Source of the DNA: Macrostomum lignano | Lineage: Eukaryota | Length of the DNA stretch: 64,000 nucleotides | Direction: 5' to 3' | NCBI GenBank assembly: GCA_002269645.1 | Contig: NIVC01001896.1 | Coordinates: 80,239 to 144,238, forward strand | Shown: in pieces, positions 1-22,848 of the stretch | How positions within the stretch are numbered: the first letter of the stretch is position 1 | Layout: each line of letters begins with the position of its first letter | Notes under the pieces: model-generated | Database searches by the model: none | Told to the model about the DNA's origin: nothing | What the model saw: only the letters and a program-made list of their open reading frames with translations | Made by a program: the position numbers and the translations under genes

Positions 1-2040
1 TCTTAGTCTTCTAGCCACCTCCACCCGCTTGACCCGCGTCCGCCTTCCCGATCTTGACCTTACTGTTATCAGCGTACATGCTAACGAACACAGCCGCCTT
101 TTCGACATCCGATCTGGCTTCGCGCCCTTTGTCAGCTAAAATTTGGTTAGGCGGGCAGTATCTCTAGCTGAGTACAGTGATTTGATGGTACTCCAGGTCT
201 TCTTCCCGTCGTCGTTTTCTTTAAGGCTTTCCACATGTTCGGCCCAGAAGGACCGCTTCTTTTCCCTGATTTTAGCCTCCAGGTTCCTGTTTACCTCCAA
301 CCACTTTTCTCTGCTGACAGTCGTGCTTCTAGAGCAGTTGTCCCGCTCATTCTGCAGAGCGCTCAGTTCATCGTCCCAAAAAGGTTTGTACTTTCTCCCA
401 CTTTCTTCTTAGGGATGCTCAACTCCGCCGCCTTGACCATGGCTGCACTCAGCCCTCTGACCTCGGCTGCTAACTCGGTCCTTGGCACTTTCTCGAACAG
501 ATCATCCGCATTACGTTGGAACTCCGAGAAGTCCGCTTTCTTCCACGCCCAGTTTAGCTTGGTCTTCTTTTGCCGGATTTCTCTCCTGGTAGCCACGGTG
601 ACCAGGATGGGGAGATGGTCTGAGCCGAGACCTTCGAGGGTTTTCCACTCGCAGCGCTCCGCCAGCTCTCCCGCCGCCAACGAAATGTCCGGGACGCTGG
701 TCCGTCCTGTACGCCAATCCACGCGCGTCGCGGCTCCATCGTTTAGGATCCTGTAGTCAAATTCTTCGCACCAGGATTCCAGCTCTAAAGCCTCCCTTCT
801 GCTGTCTCTTCCTTGGTCGTCACAGCTTCCCCAGCTTCTGCTGTGTAGGTTTAAGTCGCCGAGAATCAGCTCTCTTCTGTCTGGTTTAAGCCAGCTCCAG
901 ACACTATCATCCTCCCTGTCGTCACTGCCTTCGACAGTGCGCACAGGGGGGCGGTAAACATTAGTGATGACACACCTTTCCTTCCTGTTAACGTCCACGA
1001 TCACGCGGCAGCCCTCCGTGGTAGTGCCTTTCCAGCCTGTCCAGCGCTTGAAAGGAAGATTGTGCTTGATCAGGGTGATCAGGCCTCCCCTTTAGACTTA
1101 TCGCTTCTGCGGATCTCCACCCTGTCCTTCCGGGCGGTGGTGTAGCCGGCGAAGCGGGGGTTGGCGACTCGCTGTCAAGTTTAGATTCCTGAATGACAGC
1201 CACGTCAATGTCATGCGCTTTCAGAAACCGCTCAAGCTCCACTTTCTTATTTCTAATGCCATCGGCGTTCCATTGCAGAATCCTCAGGTTTTCCCTCCGG
1301 GCGCTCGACCAGCCCTCGCCGGCCGGGTTTCTGGTCTCTTCCTTATCCACGGCGATATTATCGGTTCTGGCTCTTTCCAACTTGTCTGAGCACATCTGGC
1401 AGGTCCAAAGGCCTTTTTTAATTTCACCGTCGATTTGAGCTCTGCTGGCTCCAGTACACTTGTTATGGAACAGTTCGTCACATCTAGTGCACCGCGCAAT
1501 AACCTTAGTGACCTTGAGCTTGCCTCCACAGCCAGGCTTAGCACATCTGCTACCCTTCTCGATCCTCTCGATGCAGCGTTTTCTTCTCTCCTCAGCCGCC
1601 GCGGCATCTTCCGCCAACCAATCCTCCTGCTGAGAGCATCCGCCGCACTTCCAATCCTTCTTTCCTTCTCTCGCTTTGCTCTGGCCCGCTCTAGTCAAGC
1701 CTGTGCAGCTGCCGTGGACTTCGTTACCGCAGCCGACGCAGCGGACCGGGTTTTGGCCCCTAGTGATGTTTTTTCCACATCTGGCGCACGGGCCAGGGTT
1801 GGGTTCCACATCGCCGTCCCTGTCAAGCCGCTCAGTTCTCCAGCCTCTCCTGTCTTCCTGCGCGTTGGTAGCGGGTTTCACAGCATACCCTTCCAATCTC
1901 TTCCACCCTCTCTTATCATGGTGAACATGGTGATCCGCGTTACTCCGGGTGTTCGTATCCAAATTAGGAACTCTCATCCGCCGCGAAGAGGCCCCCAGAG
2001 TGTAGGACGAGTGTTGTTGTTGTTGTTGTGCCAGATGCAT
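1..2040 (-). mobile_element. 5' part of an APE-type non-LTR retrotransposon (I/Ingi-like): leader, 2A, PHD, PHD, AP endonuclease, linker; RT lies beyond the left edge; several 1-nt frameshifts
   Basis: ORF 988-2091 has DVEPNPGP, two C4HC3 PHD fingers and the EEP start LRILQWNADG...VAVIQESK. ORF 363-1004 continues with ITNVYRPP, ILGDLNLHSRSWG, LNDGAATR, PDISL, GSDHLPI and WKKADF. Frames are joined by single-base losses near 1156-1160, 1087-1090, 385-387 and about 140. First in-frame ATG is at 2040. Confidence 0.9.
1789..1842 (-). other. 2A-like ribosomal StopGo peptide (WRTERLDRDGDVEPNPG|P)
   Basis: Exact D(V/I)ExNPGP core at 1789-1812, in frame and directly upstream of PHD finger 1. Confidence 0.8.
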
Positions 2041-2152
2041 CGCACCTGAATCAGGGACGGTGCCCGACTCCGGGCGCTCTTCGCTGCCCAAAAAGTGACA
2101 TTGCCTCTCCGCTGCGAGAAAGACGCGGTGCCGGATATGGCCTGCTGGTTAC

Positions 2153-2285
2153 CTGGGGGCTGCTGTTGCTGCTTCATAATCATCTGCGCACTGCTTATTG
2201 ACTGCGAACAATAACTCAGCAGAATGAGCAGTGAAATGGCAACCAATTTAACTCTAAATTGGATTAACCTCGTTTTGCAGAACAT
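2153..2285 (-). CDS. Possible first exon of a secreted host protein; the retroelement would sit in its first intron
   Basis: ATG 2285, MFCKTRLIQFRVKLVAISLLILLSYCSQSISSAQ (basic then hydrophobic), donor-like CAG|GTAACC at 2153/2152. No downstream exon in the window, and a competing GTGAGA donor at 2287-2292. Confidence 0.25.
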
Positions 2286-3004
2286 CTCACCTCGGTGTGT
2301 GACGTGTGGCTCTGGTATCGGATTTGCTCTTCAAGGTGATTCCAAATTTGATTGCAAATTTTGACAGGTGGTTGTCTTAGAAAAGTAGCCTCAAAGTGAA
2401 ACCTACGGCCTGATATTTTCTTTAGAAAAATTCAAATTTAAAGAAAAACTTGACTACTTAAACTTTAGCAATTAACGAGATAAAGTCTGACTTGAGGTGG
2501 GGCAGGTCGGCTCGGCTCATTCACGGAGCGGCAGGTCAAGTGTTCAAAAATTCAACGAAACCGCTTGCTTTGAGTTGCCGCCCCCCGATAGCGGCTTCCA
2601 TGTCTTTAAGGCCCAAACACAGACAATAAAAATTTAGGAATAAACTATTTATTTGTTAAGCTCAAATTATGAGACGCCCCTGTACAGGCTGATGACAGCA
2701 TTTATTAAACCTAATTTTCAGGTTACTAAATCGTCCTAATTATCAACATTATAGGCAAGTTGGATACGGAGTCTCACAAAATCCATGTTACTTGGCCAGC
2801 TCAGGTGAAAGAGTGCAATACTAGTAAGGTTTTTACTGAGTCAGCAGAAAAACGCATTTTAGGCTGCTATTGAGAAACTCAACGACTTATTTTCGCAATA
2901 ACAAAGTATCTTTATCGAATTTGAGTAAAATCTACTTATATTTGAATAATTACTGCAAATATAGTGTCTAAATATACATAATAATAGGAATAAAATTTGA
3001 TTTC

Positions 3005-3241
3005 ATCTGTCCTAATGGTTTTATGTGCAACCGACAACTCAGCCGTAGGCGGCGCATTTGAAGGCTGCAAACGGCTGTTCAGTCCAAGGACTGGGGGTTG
3101 CCACACACACCCTCAATTACCACCCATTTTACAGCTGGGTGAACTGAAGCAATGTAGAGTTAAGTGTCTTGCTCAAGACACAAATTGTTCCGAAGTGGGT
3201 CGAGAATCAGAGTCCGACGCTCTGACCACTAGGCTACAACC
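3005..3241 (-). mobile_element. tRNA-derived SINE copy 1 (internally deleted)
   Basis: Head GGTTGTAGCCTAGTGG and central GTGTCTTGAGCAAGACACTTAAC...CTGTAAAATGGG on the minus strand, shared with five other copies. Confidence 0.8.
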
Positions 3242-3420
3242 ATCTGATGATGCATGTTTTGAAAATGAATCAAAAACGTGATTTTAAAGAAAATGTACGT
3301 GATGTTCATAGTTTGGAAAGAATAGCGCTGCAGAGTGTTATGCACCTGTAACGGACACTACAATACACTGTGGCATGTGGCACTGCAATAGCTGAGCTCT
3401 GCAATAACTCTTTAGCTGGT

Positions 3421-14556
<11,136 letters not shown>

Positions 14557-15075
14557 TATGAATTTTCTGGCAAATTTGTAATTTTCAAAACTGCGGCAAT
14601 TTAAAATTAATACTTGAACAGATCTCTTACACAGTTTTTAGTGCCTAAAAATTAAAACAGGCCTCCGCGTTTTAGCGTTCCAGCACCGGGCGCTTCGGTA
14701 CTTTGCTTTGTAGCGCACAAACGCTGCGCTGTCGAGCCCCTCTCGAACTCTTTAACGCAAAACAACTGCCAAAAGTCTTCACTGCAAGCGTAGTGGGGCC
14801 CAATAAGCAGTTGCACACTCTTGCAATGCATCTCTGCTCGGTGCATCTCTGCCCTCAGGACAATAGTGAAACTGGCCGGGCGCGTTGGAGTCATGGAGTG
14901 TACGATTTCACAATGCATATTTGTACTTTCTGTGTGCAATATTTCTGCAAATGCTACAATGTAATTCTGCGATGCATTATAAATCAGGTGGTGCAGTTTT
15001 TCACAGTAAGGCTTGAGACACTTGAGAAAGATTAAGTGGTTTGCTAGATTTTAGCTGAGTGTAGTTAGCGACCTA

Positions 15076-15325
<250 letters not shown>

Positions 15326-17409
15326 ATTTAGCTTGACCTATTTCTGAGAGGCTTCTATAATATTTTTGAGCTTGATGTTGCTGGATGTAAATATTTTTCC
15401 AACAACACATCTGCGGTTTCTTGACTTGCGAAAACTGATAATGCCATAAACTGGGACCAAGCACAAGTTTGCACTACCATGGCAGATAAATAACTAAAAG
15501 CTGACAGAAAAATGGCCTATAGGCAAAGGGCAGAGCCACTGTCGCAGTTGCTCATAAATTTCAGCCACAGCTTCTATCACTGTAGGTAGCATTGTGAATT
15601 CAAACCACTGAGTTGCACCGCAGCTGCAGGCAAAAGACTTCTCAGGCTGTGAGTGGCTGCTATAGGCTGACTTTTTATCTCTATCCGCCGACAAAAGAGA
15701 AAGAGAACGAGCTCACAATGGAGACAAATTTTGGAGAAGGAAAAAGCCAGACTTCCAAACCGAAAGCCGGCAAAAAATGTGGCGCGTTCTGTTTCAACTG
15801 GGTTCAGCAACAATGGAATAGAAAAATATTTATGACACTCCGTCTGTCAGGCCATATGTTACAGGCCTTATTATTCACTCCCTTCCTTCGTTTCTCTTCT
15901 TTATATCTTTTGCTTTACTAATGCTTATAGTATTCGCAAACTGAAGTATAGTCAGAAGCTTATTTTAACCAGTACTTAAATTGCTCAAAATAATGAACTG
16001 TAGACTCAGATTGTGTGCTCGAAAATTGGGTTCTCGTGCCATTCACAGCTACGAGGGCCAGCCCCAAGGCACAGAGGGTGTTCTACATACCTGACGATTA
16101 GTATGTAAGCGTGTCTTCGTACAGTATTGGCGCACTTGCATGTGCTCAGAGGCAGCAGAATGAGCAGAATTGTCGTCAGCGCTGCTTGTGAGACGATGCC
16201 ATCGAAGGCGTTGCGCCAGGGTGCCCGCAGCCCTTCTGCGAATACACGACTGCGAATATTGATCTTTAGTAAGGGAATAAAATCGATGCAGTAGGAAACA
16301 CAATTTATTGAGAGAAAAATTGTCTTTTTTAAAACCTCTTGTTGAATTTCTAAAGTTACTTTGCAGAGTTTCCCAGCTCAGCGGGAAAAGAATAATAAAA
16401 TCAACGAGGCCAAGTGGCTCACTCTCCGAAGAATGTTTCATTAATAATATAACGCGTCAATGGGCCCTGTTCTTCTGGTCAGAAATTGGTTTGGGTCGAT
16501 TTTTTGTTCGTTCATTTGCCCTAAAAAATTCGGGGTTGGACAAGCGATGGCAGCTGGACTGACAACCCACGGTGCTTAGCCATGCTTTCGGGTCACCCGC
16601 CACGGTGCGGGGGGCGGCTTGGTGTCTTACAGAAATGCAACAAGAATATGGAACCGCTCGGGGGCAATATGAAGATGGGCATGGACACAAAAATGGGAGA
16701 AGGGCATTATTTATGCATGCTGGCTGTTGAGAGTTTTGCTGCGACCAAGAAAAGCCGCTCTCTTCTTCCAACACGGCGGAGGCGTCGCTTGAGATGCAAC
16801 CGTGTACTGTCTGTATTCTGGGAAACTGTTTCACAGCAAAGCTATAGAGAAAGATACTGACACTGTACAAACACTGAGAGGGATGAATTTCTTGCCTGTA
16901 TCTATCTCCTATTCACGTCACTCCATCTTGGCTCCCACTCCTAGATCGACACTGTTTGTCATGCAGGCGGCTGCTAGATTTCCATCTGCAGTCCCATCAG
17001 ATAGGCGCTGAGAGAGGCCCTAACCCGGAATTAGCACTCTCTTCCTTCTCTTTCTGTTTCGAATTAAATTTGCCCAATATTAGGGGTGTTTTTCGCGCCT
17101 CTGCATTAATTGGCGAGGTTTTGGAAATAGGGGAAGCTTCTGCTCACGATTCGCCTTCTAGCAGCGCATCCGGGACTCACTTTTGATTGAAAAGGATAGC
17201 CAAAGGAAAGACGGAACCGCTCTGCCTGTCCCTGGCCTTGCTCGCGGCCCCCTGCCTGAATAATTTGAGTCGGCAAGGGCTGTCCAATTAGCCAGAAGCT
17301 GCTTCCGTTGCTTATCTAAGCCAGCCGGTCTTCTTAAAATTCAGAATCGCAGACAATTCGACGGTGGCTGCTATAGCTCAAGCCAAATTAGTTGCGAACG
17401 AATCAATCA

Positions 17410-20400
17410 ATGGCGTTCTCTTTTGCAGCCTCGTCGCTGACTGTTCTGCAGTCTCTGGGCATCACTGAGAAGCTTCAAGAGCAGGTTACTCGAATTCGAG
17501 GCGAATTTGAAAGGTAGGACAATACTTAATGCTCTGTCACCAACCGAGGGATACCCATTGGACTAAGCCTCCAATAGTCTTTAAAGAGGTTGTGAACTTA
17601 AGCGCGATTTGGAAGCCGTGAGTCCAGCAACCAAACCAACTCGAAATATGGCCCGTAAAAAAGCATCAACGCAAGAGGGGTGCGGTTTTCGACGATTCTT
17701 CTCTCATTGTCGGTCCAGTAGAGAGATCCGATAGAGAAACCGGCTCAATCGGCCACCGCTTCCATTTCAGAGCCTTAAGTTCACATGAAATCCCCATTTT
17801 TCCCTATTTATCCCATGCGGAAGCGGCCGGGGTGGAAGAAAGATCAATTACGCTTTTCTTGTCTATTTTGGGTCTGAATAGTGAGAATTTCGCAGCGGTT
17901 TGGTTGCTGAACTCACGGCTTCCAAATCGCGCTTAAGTTCACATCCTCTTTATACCAAGGACTTGCATTTTTAACCGATTGTTCTCCAAAAAACTCTACT
18001 TCTAAAACGAGTTTTATGGTCTCTATTGTTGGCTTCCTAGAAATTGAGATAGTAAAGATAGATAAAGTTTGAGACTTCTCTTGTTTTATTATATGCGTTT
18101 GTTTGGATTTCGCCCTCGTTAATACCTAAAAAGTATACTGTATGGATAAAAGCATACTACAGGCAATAGAAAACCGTCAGGCAAACAGAAGACACAAATA
18201 TCTTTTGACAATGCAATAAGTCTTTAAATGTAGGCAGCTGCCCAAGCCACTTGTAGTTGTCAACTTGCAGTGCATCTGAGATGGCTGTACGCTATCAGTG
18301 CGAGAGTATTTTATAATGAAAACCGTCAAAATAGAAGCGCAGCGAGTGCAGAAAAACGTCTGTGCCGTGCTAAATTAATTGTTTATTCAAGCTAGGCAAG
18401 CAAATGCCAAGTTTTTATCACAGTGTCGCTTATCACAGTATCGCTTATCAACAGTGTCGCTTATCACAGTGTCGCTTATTAGAGTGTCGTTTATTACAGT
18501 GTCGCTTATCACAGTGTCGCTTGTCACAGTGTCGCTTATCAGAGTGTCGCTTATCACATTTTCGCTTATTATAGTGTCGCTTATCACAGTGTCGCTTATT
18601 ACAGTGTCGCTTATCACAGTGTCGCTTATTACAGTGTCGCTTATTACAGTGTCGCTTATCTCAGTGTCGCTTATCTCAGTGTCGTTTATCACAGTGTCGC
18701 TTATTAGAGTGTCGCTTGTCACAGTGTCGCTTTTAGAGTGTCGCTTATCTCAGAGTCGCTTATCTCAGTGTCGTTTATCACAGTGTCGCTTATTACAGTG
18801 TCGCTTATTAGAGTGTCGCTTATTAGAGTGTCGCTTATCATAGTGCCGCCTATCGCAGTGTCGCTTGTCCCAGTGTCGCTTATTAGAGTGTCGCTTATCT
18901 CAGAGTCGCTTATCTCAGTGTCGTTTATCACAGTGTCGCTTATTACAGTGTTGCTTATTAGAGTGTCGCTTATCTCAGTGTCGTTTATCACAGTGTCGCT
19001 TATTACAGTGTCGCTTATTAGAGTGTCGCTTATTAGAGTGTCGCTTATTAGAGTGTCGCTTATCATAGTGCCGCCTATCGCAGTGTCGCTTGTCACAGTG
19101 TCGCTTATTAGAGTGTCGCTTATCTCAGAGTCGCTTATCTCAGTGTCGTTTATCACAGTGTCGCTTATTACAGTGTCGCTTATTAGAGTGTCGCTTATCT
19201 CAGTGTCGTTTATCACAGTGTCGCTTATTACAGTGTCGCTTATTAGAGTGTCGCTTGTCACAGTGCCGCTTATCACAGTACCGCTTATCACAGTGTCGCT
19301 TATCACAGTGTCGCATATCACAGTGTCGCTTATCACAGTGTCGCTTATCAACTCGAGTTTTCTAATGCCAAAGCTTCACTGCATAATTACTTTCGCTTTC
19401 ACCCACTCACAGCGGCACTCAGACAAGCCGTCTGCTGCTGTTCCGCATCTGCGCAATCGTTGGCGGAATCGAGTTGTGCTACGCCGCCGAGACGGCCCTC
19501 GTATCGCCAATCATGATGAAACTGGGCACCCCAGTTTACCTCATGTCCCTGTCGTGGTGCATCAGCCCCATCATCGGGTTCCTTCTAGTGCCGCTGCTCG
19601 GCTCCATGAGCGACAACTGTCGCAGTAGCCTCGGTCGTCGGCGACCCTTCATCATCGGACTGTCGGCCTGCATCCTGACCGGAGCTATCATTCTGGCTGT
19701 GGTCCCGGATAGCTACAATATTTCGACAGCTTTTGCTCTCAACGCGACGCACGGCGGGGGAACAGGTGTCTCCGGGGGACGTCGCTACCAGCGCATCGGA
19801 TCAACGCCTGGCGCCGTCCTGCTGTTCACCTGTCTGGGAGTGGCTCTGCTCGACTCCTGTTGCGATGGCTGCCAGTCACCGGCCAGAGCGTTTCTACTTG
19901 ACGTGGTGCCAGCTGTGGACCACGCCGCAGGCCTGACAACTTTCACCGTGCTGGCTGGCTGTGGCGGCTTCTTCGGCTACCTGATCGGCTCGCTGGACTG
20001 GGAGAGCGCCGGCGGAGGCGGCAGCGGTGGCTCGTCGTTTTATCACGAGAAAGTTGTATTCAGCCTGCTTGCCGTGGTGTTCACCATCTGCATGCTGACG
20101 ACTGTGACGAGTGTCCGGGAGGTGCCGCTTCAGGAACGGGATGGCGAGGATTCGGCCAGGACGCGTGGAGGCCCCGCGGACGAGGCCCCCATCGGAGGTG
20201 AGAATCAACACTTACTGAAACTTCTTCTGGAGATGACATAGCTAAGGCGTGAAAAGCCTAATTCACTGCCAAAGCATATTGAAAGTATTCAATAGTTAAT
20301 CCTTGGACTTGACCAAGATGTCCAACAAACTTAAGAATCTAGGCCAAGAAAGATTTGTAAAGAACCAATCAATGTACCGAAACTTCAAAGGGAATTTTCC

Positions 20401-22492
20401 ACTACAAAAACTCAATATCTGCAACAGTTTCCACCCAGAACCATCGGATGAGGCGCACAGACTCAATTGCTGAGCAGCTGCCCAGCGAGGTCGGCTTGAA
20501 AACCTACCTGATGTCAATCGTGCACATGCCGGCTTCAATGCGTCTTCTGTGCCTGACCAACCTGCTCTGCTGGATGGCTCTGGTGTCCTACTCGCTGTTC
20601 TTCACGGACTTCGTCGGCCAGGCCGTTTATCGAGGCAATCCCGACAGTCCGCCGTGGTCGCCGGAGCATAAGCGGTACAACGCTGGGGTGCGGATGGGCA
20701 GCCTCGCGATGTCCGTCTATTCTCTGGTCTGCTGCGTCTACTCGCTGGTCATCGACCGGCTGATCAACAAGTTCGGTGAGTTATAAGTAGCTTCTATAGC
20801 TTAGGCTTATACGAACGACAGCAAAAAAGCTTGATTAATGATACCTAATGATACTACCTACAAGTTACAATTAAGTATTAGTTTAGAGTTTAGAGTAAAT
20901 TCAGAGATCGTGTAAGTTTTAGGAGGCCAATTTCTTGGAAAAATGCATCAGGAAGATAGGAAAAAATCTTTTTTTTTCATTACAAAATTCATGATTGAAT
21001 TTAATCTGGGGCATTTAAGATTACCATTCCTTTGATTTAACATGTTGATGTTACTCTGTTTTATTTTATATAAGGGGTTGTAGCCTATGATCAGAGCGTC
21101 CGACTCGCGACTGAAAGGTCGGGGGTTCGATTCTCGACCCACCTCGGAACAATTTGTGTCCTTGAGCAAGTCACTTAACTCTACATTGCTTCAGTTCACC
21201 CAACTGTAAAATGGGTGCCAGCATTTGCTGGGGTAATTGAAAGTGTGTTTGGCGACCCCACAGTCCTTGGACTGAGCAGCCGTATGCAGCATTCAGATTC
21301 GCCGCGCAATAGCTGCTGCTGAGCTGTCGGTTGCACATCTGACCCAATTAGGGCAGGTGTAACCAATTATTATTAATATTAATATTTTACGCTCGTATAC
21401 AGGTAGTTGTGTAGTAAAAGTTGCATTTTTAGATTGTTTTTATTCCGTAATCCAAAGCCAAATACTCACAAGTGAAATATCTTTTCTGTTCTTTTTTGAA
21501 TGAACTTATGAAGTATACGTGTGATAAAATTGTTGCATGCAGGTAGTCTTAGGCAATTATTGTAGGTATAGTTCCTACAATAGGCCTCGCTTAAGGCTAA
21601 GAATATCTGCATACAACAATTTTATTGCATACAAAATAGAAGACAATAGCTGATGCATTTTGCAGCGAAATTTGCACAAACTTTCCGAACATGAAATGGC
21701 TTACCTCTTAGGCAGTTTCACTATTTATTGAAACTTGTAGGCATCCGCAAAGTTTACACCTGCGGCCTGCTGTGCGCTTCCGTCGGAGCGCTTATGATGG
21801 GCCTGCTGCCTAAAACGCCGGTGATACTGGTGTGCTCAGCAAATATTGGCGTGCTGTACTCAACATTGTTTACTGTGCCATACATTCTGGTGGCCAGTTA
21901 TCACTTTAACGATTTGGTGAGATCAGTTGGGCAGCTGTAGTAGTAGTTGTTGTGGCCGTAGTTGTAGTCGTAGTCGTAGTCGTAGTCGTAGTCGTAATCT
22001 TAGTCTTAGTCGTTGTCGTTGTTGTGGTCGTAGTCGTAGTCGTAGTCATAGTCGTAGTCGTAGTCATAGTCGTAGTCCTAATCTTAGTCGTAGTCGTAGT
22101 CCTAGACCTAGTCGTATTGATAGTAATCGTAGTATCCTCTTTGCATACTTGCCCTCCAGTTCGCCTACACGGACGGTCCCAGCACCGAGTCCCGAATCCG
22201 TGGCCTCGGAACTGACATCGCCCTGGTCAGCAGCATGGTATTCGTTGGCCAACTCGCGGTGGCCTCCCTAATGGGCAGTCTGACTCAGGCCACCGGCTCA
22301 GTTCGCACCAGCTGTTTCGTCTCTTCGATTTGCAGTCTTCTGGCCGCTATTTCCTGTCGATTCGTCACCGTACTGGACAGCGACCCCACAGCTGCTCAGC
22401 CTCAGCCACCGCCACCGACGGCTCAGATGTCCGACCAGGCAGGCTTCGAGGCTAAAGAGACAATTGTGGAGCAATTGTACGACGGGAAATAG
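17410..22492 (+). CDS. SLC45: SLC45-family (MATP/SLC45A2-like) MFS sugar:H+ symporter, about 581 aa
   Basis: Exons 17410-17513, 19413-20197, 20428-20775, 21741-21916, 22160-22492 (1746 nt, phases match). Motifs IELCYAAETALVSP, PLLGSMSDNCRSSLGRRRPFI, LLDSCCDGCQSPARAFLLD, LTNLLCWMALVSYSLFFTDFVGQAVY, RGLGTDIALVSSMVFVGQ. Exon 1 is supported only by ATG, donor and phase. Confidence 0.9.
17584..17950. mobile_element. Tc1/mariner-type MITE, 367 bp, in SLC45 intron 1
   Basis: TIRs of about 54 bp (AAGAGG(T/A)TGTGAACTTAAGCGCGATTTGGAAGCCGTGAGT(C/T)CAGCAACCAAACC, 2 mismatches) with TA on both flanks. Confidence 0.85.
18412..19350. repeat. 15-bp minisatellite (TTATCACAGTGTCGC), about 60 units, SLC45 intron 1
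   Basis: Seen directly; explains the ITVSL and VISDT ORFs. Confidence 0.97.
21074..21383 (+). mobile_element. tRNA-derived SINE copy 3 (SLC45 intron 3)
   Basis: B-box GGTTCGATTCTC, GTGTCCTTGAGCAAGTCACTTAAC, CTGTAAAATGGGTGCCAGC, AT-rich tail. Confidence 0.88.
21937..22133. repeat. (GTA/GTC)n compound microsatellite in SLC45 intron 4
   Basis: Seen directly. Confidence 0.9.
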
Positions 22493-22516
22493 TTTTCATA
22501 AGTTTATTATTGATAA

Positions 22517-22848
22517 GGGGATTGTAGCCTAGTTTGGGAAGTTTGGGAATTTGGGAACTCACGACTGAAAGGTCTGGGGGTTCGATTCTCGATCCACTCG
22601 GAACAATTTTGTCTTTTGAGCAAGAAACTTAACTGTGCATTGCTTCAGTCCACCCAGCTGTAAAATGGGTGCCAGCATTAGCTGGGGCAATTGAGGGTGC
22701 GTGTGGCGACCCCCAGTCCTTGGACTGAACAGCCGTACGCAGCCTTCAGATGCGCCGCGCAATAGCTGCGGCTGAGCTGTCGGTCGCACATCTGGCCGAA
22801 TTGGGGCAGGCGTAATCAATTATTTTTATTATTAATTATTAGTATTAA
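22517..22848 (+). mobile_element. tRNA-derived SINE copy 4, about 25 bp after the SLC45 stop
   Basis: Same head, B-box, central domain and tail as the other copies; small tandem insertion in the head. Confidence 0.85.

Noticed and set aside
2040-2160. HDV-like ribozyme in the retroelement 5' UTR, as in L1Tc/Ingi; there is a TTCTCGC loop-like motif, GG, a small hairpin and GCGAA
   Set aside because: I could not build consistent P1, P2 and P3 helices by hand. An RNArobo or Infernal search on the family consensus would settle it.
16091-16202. Apparent signal-peptide exon for Mcr (AALTTILLILLPL with a phase-2 donor)
   Set aside because: Needs a frameshift and overlaps a dispersed repeat; 14432-14556 gives a clean ATG, signal peptide and donor.
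18379-19351. ITVSL and VISDT repeat ORFs
   Set aside because: Stop-free 15-bp minisatellite in an intron.
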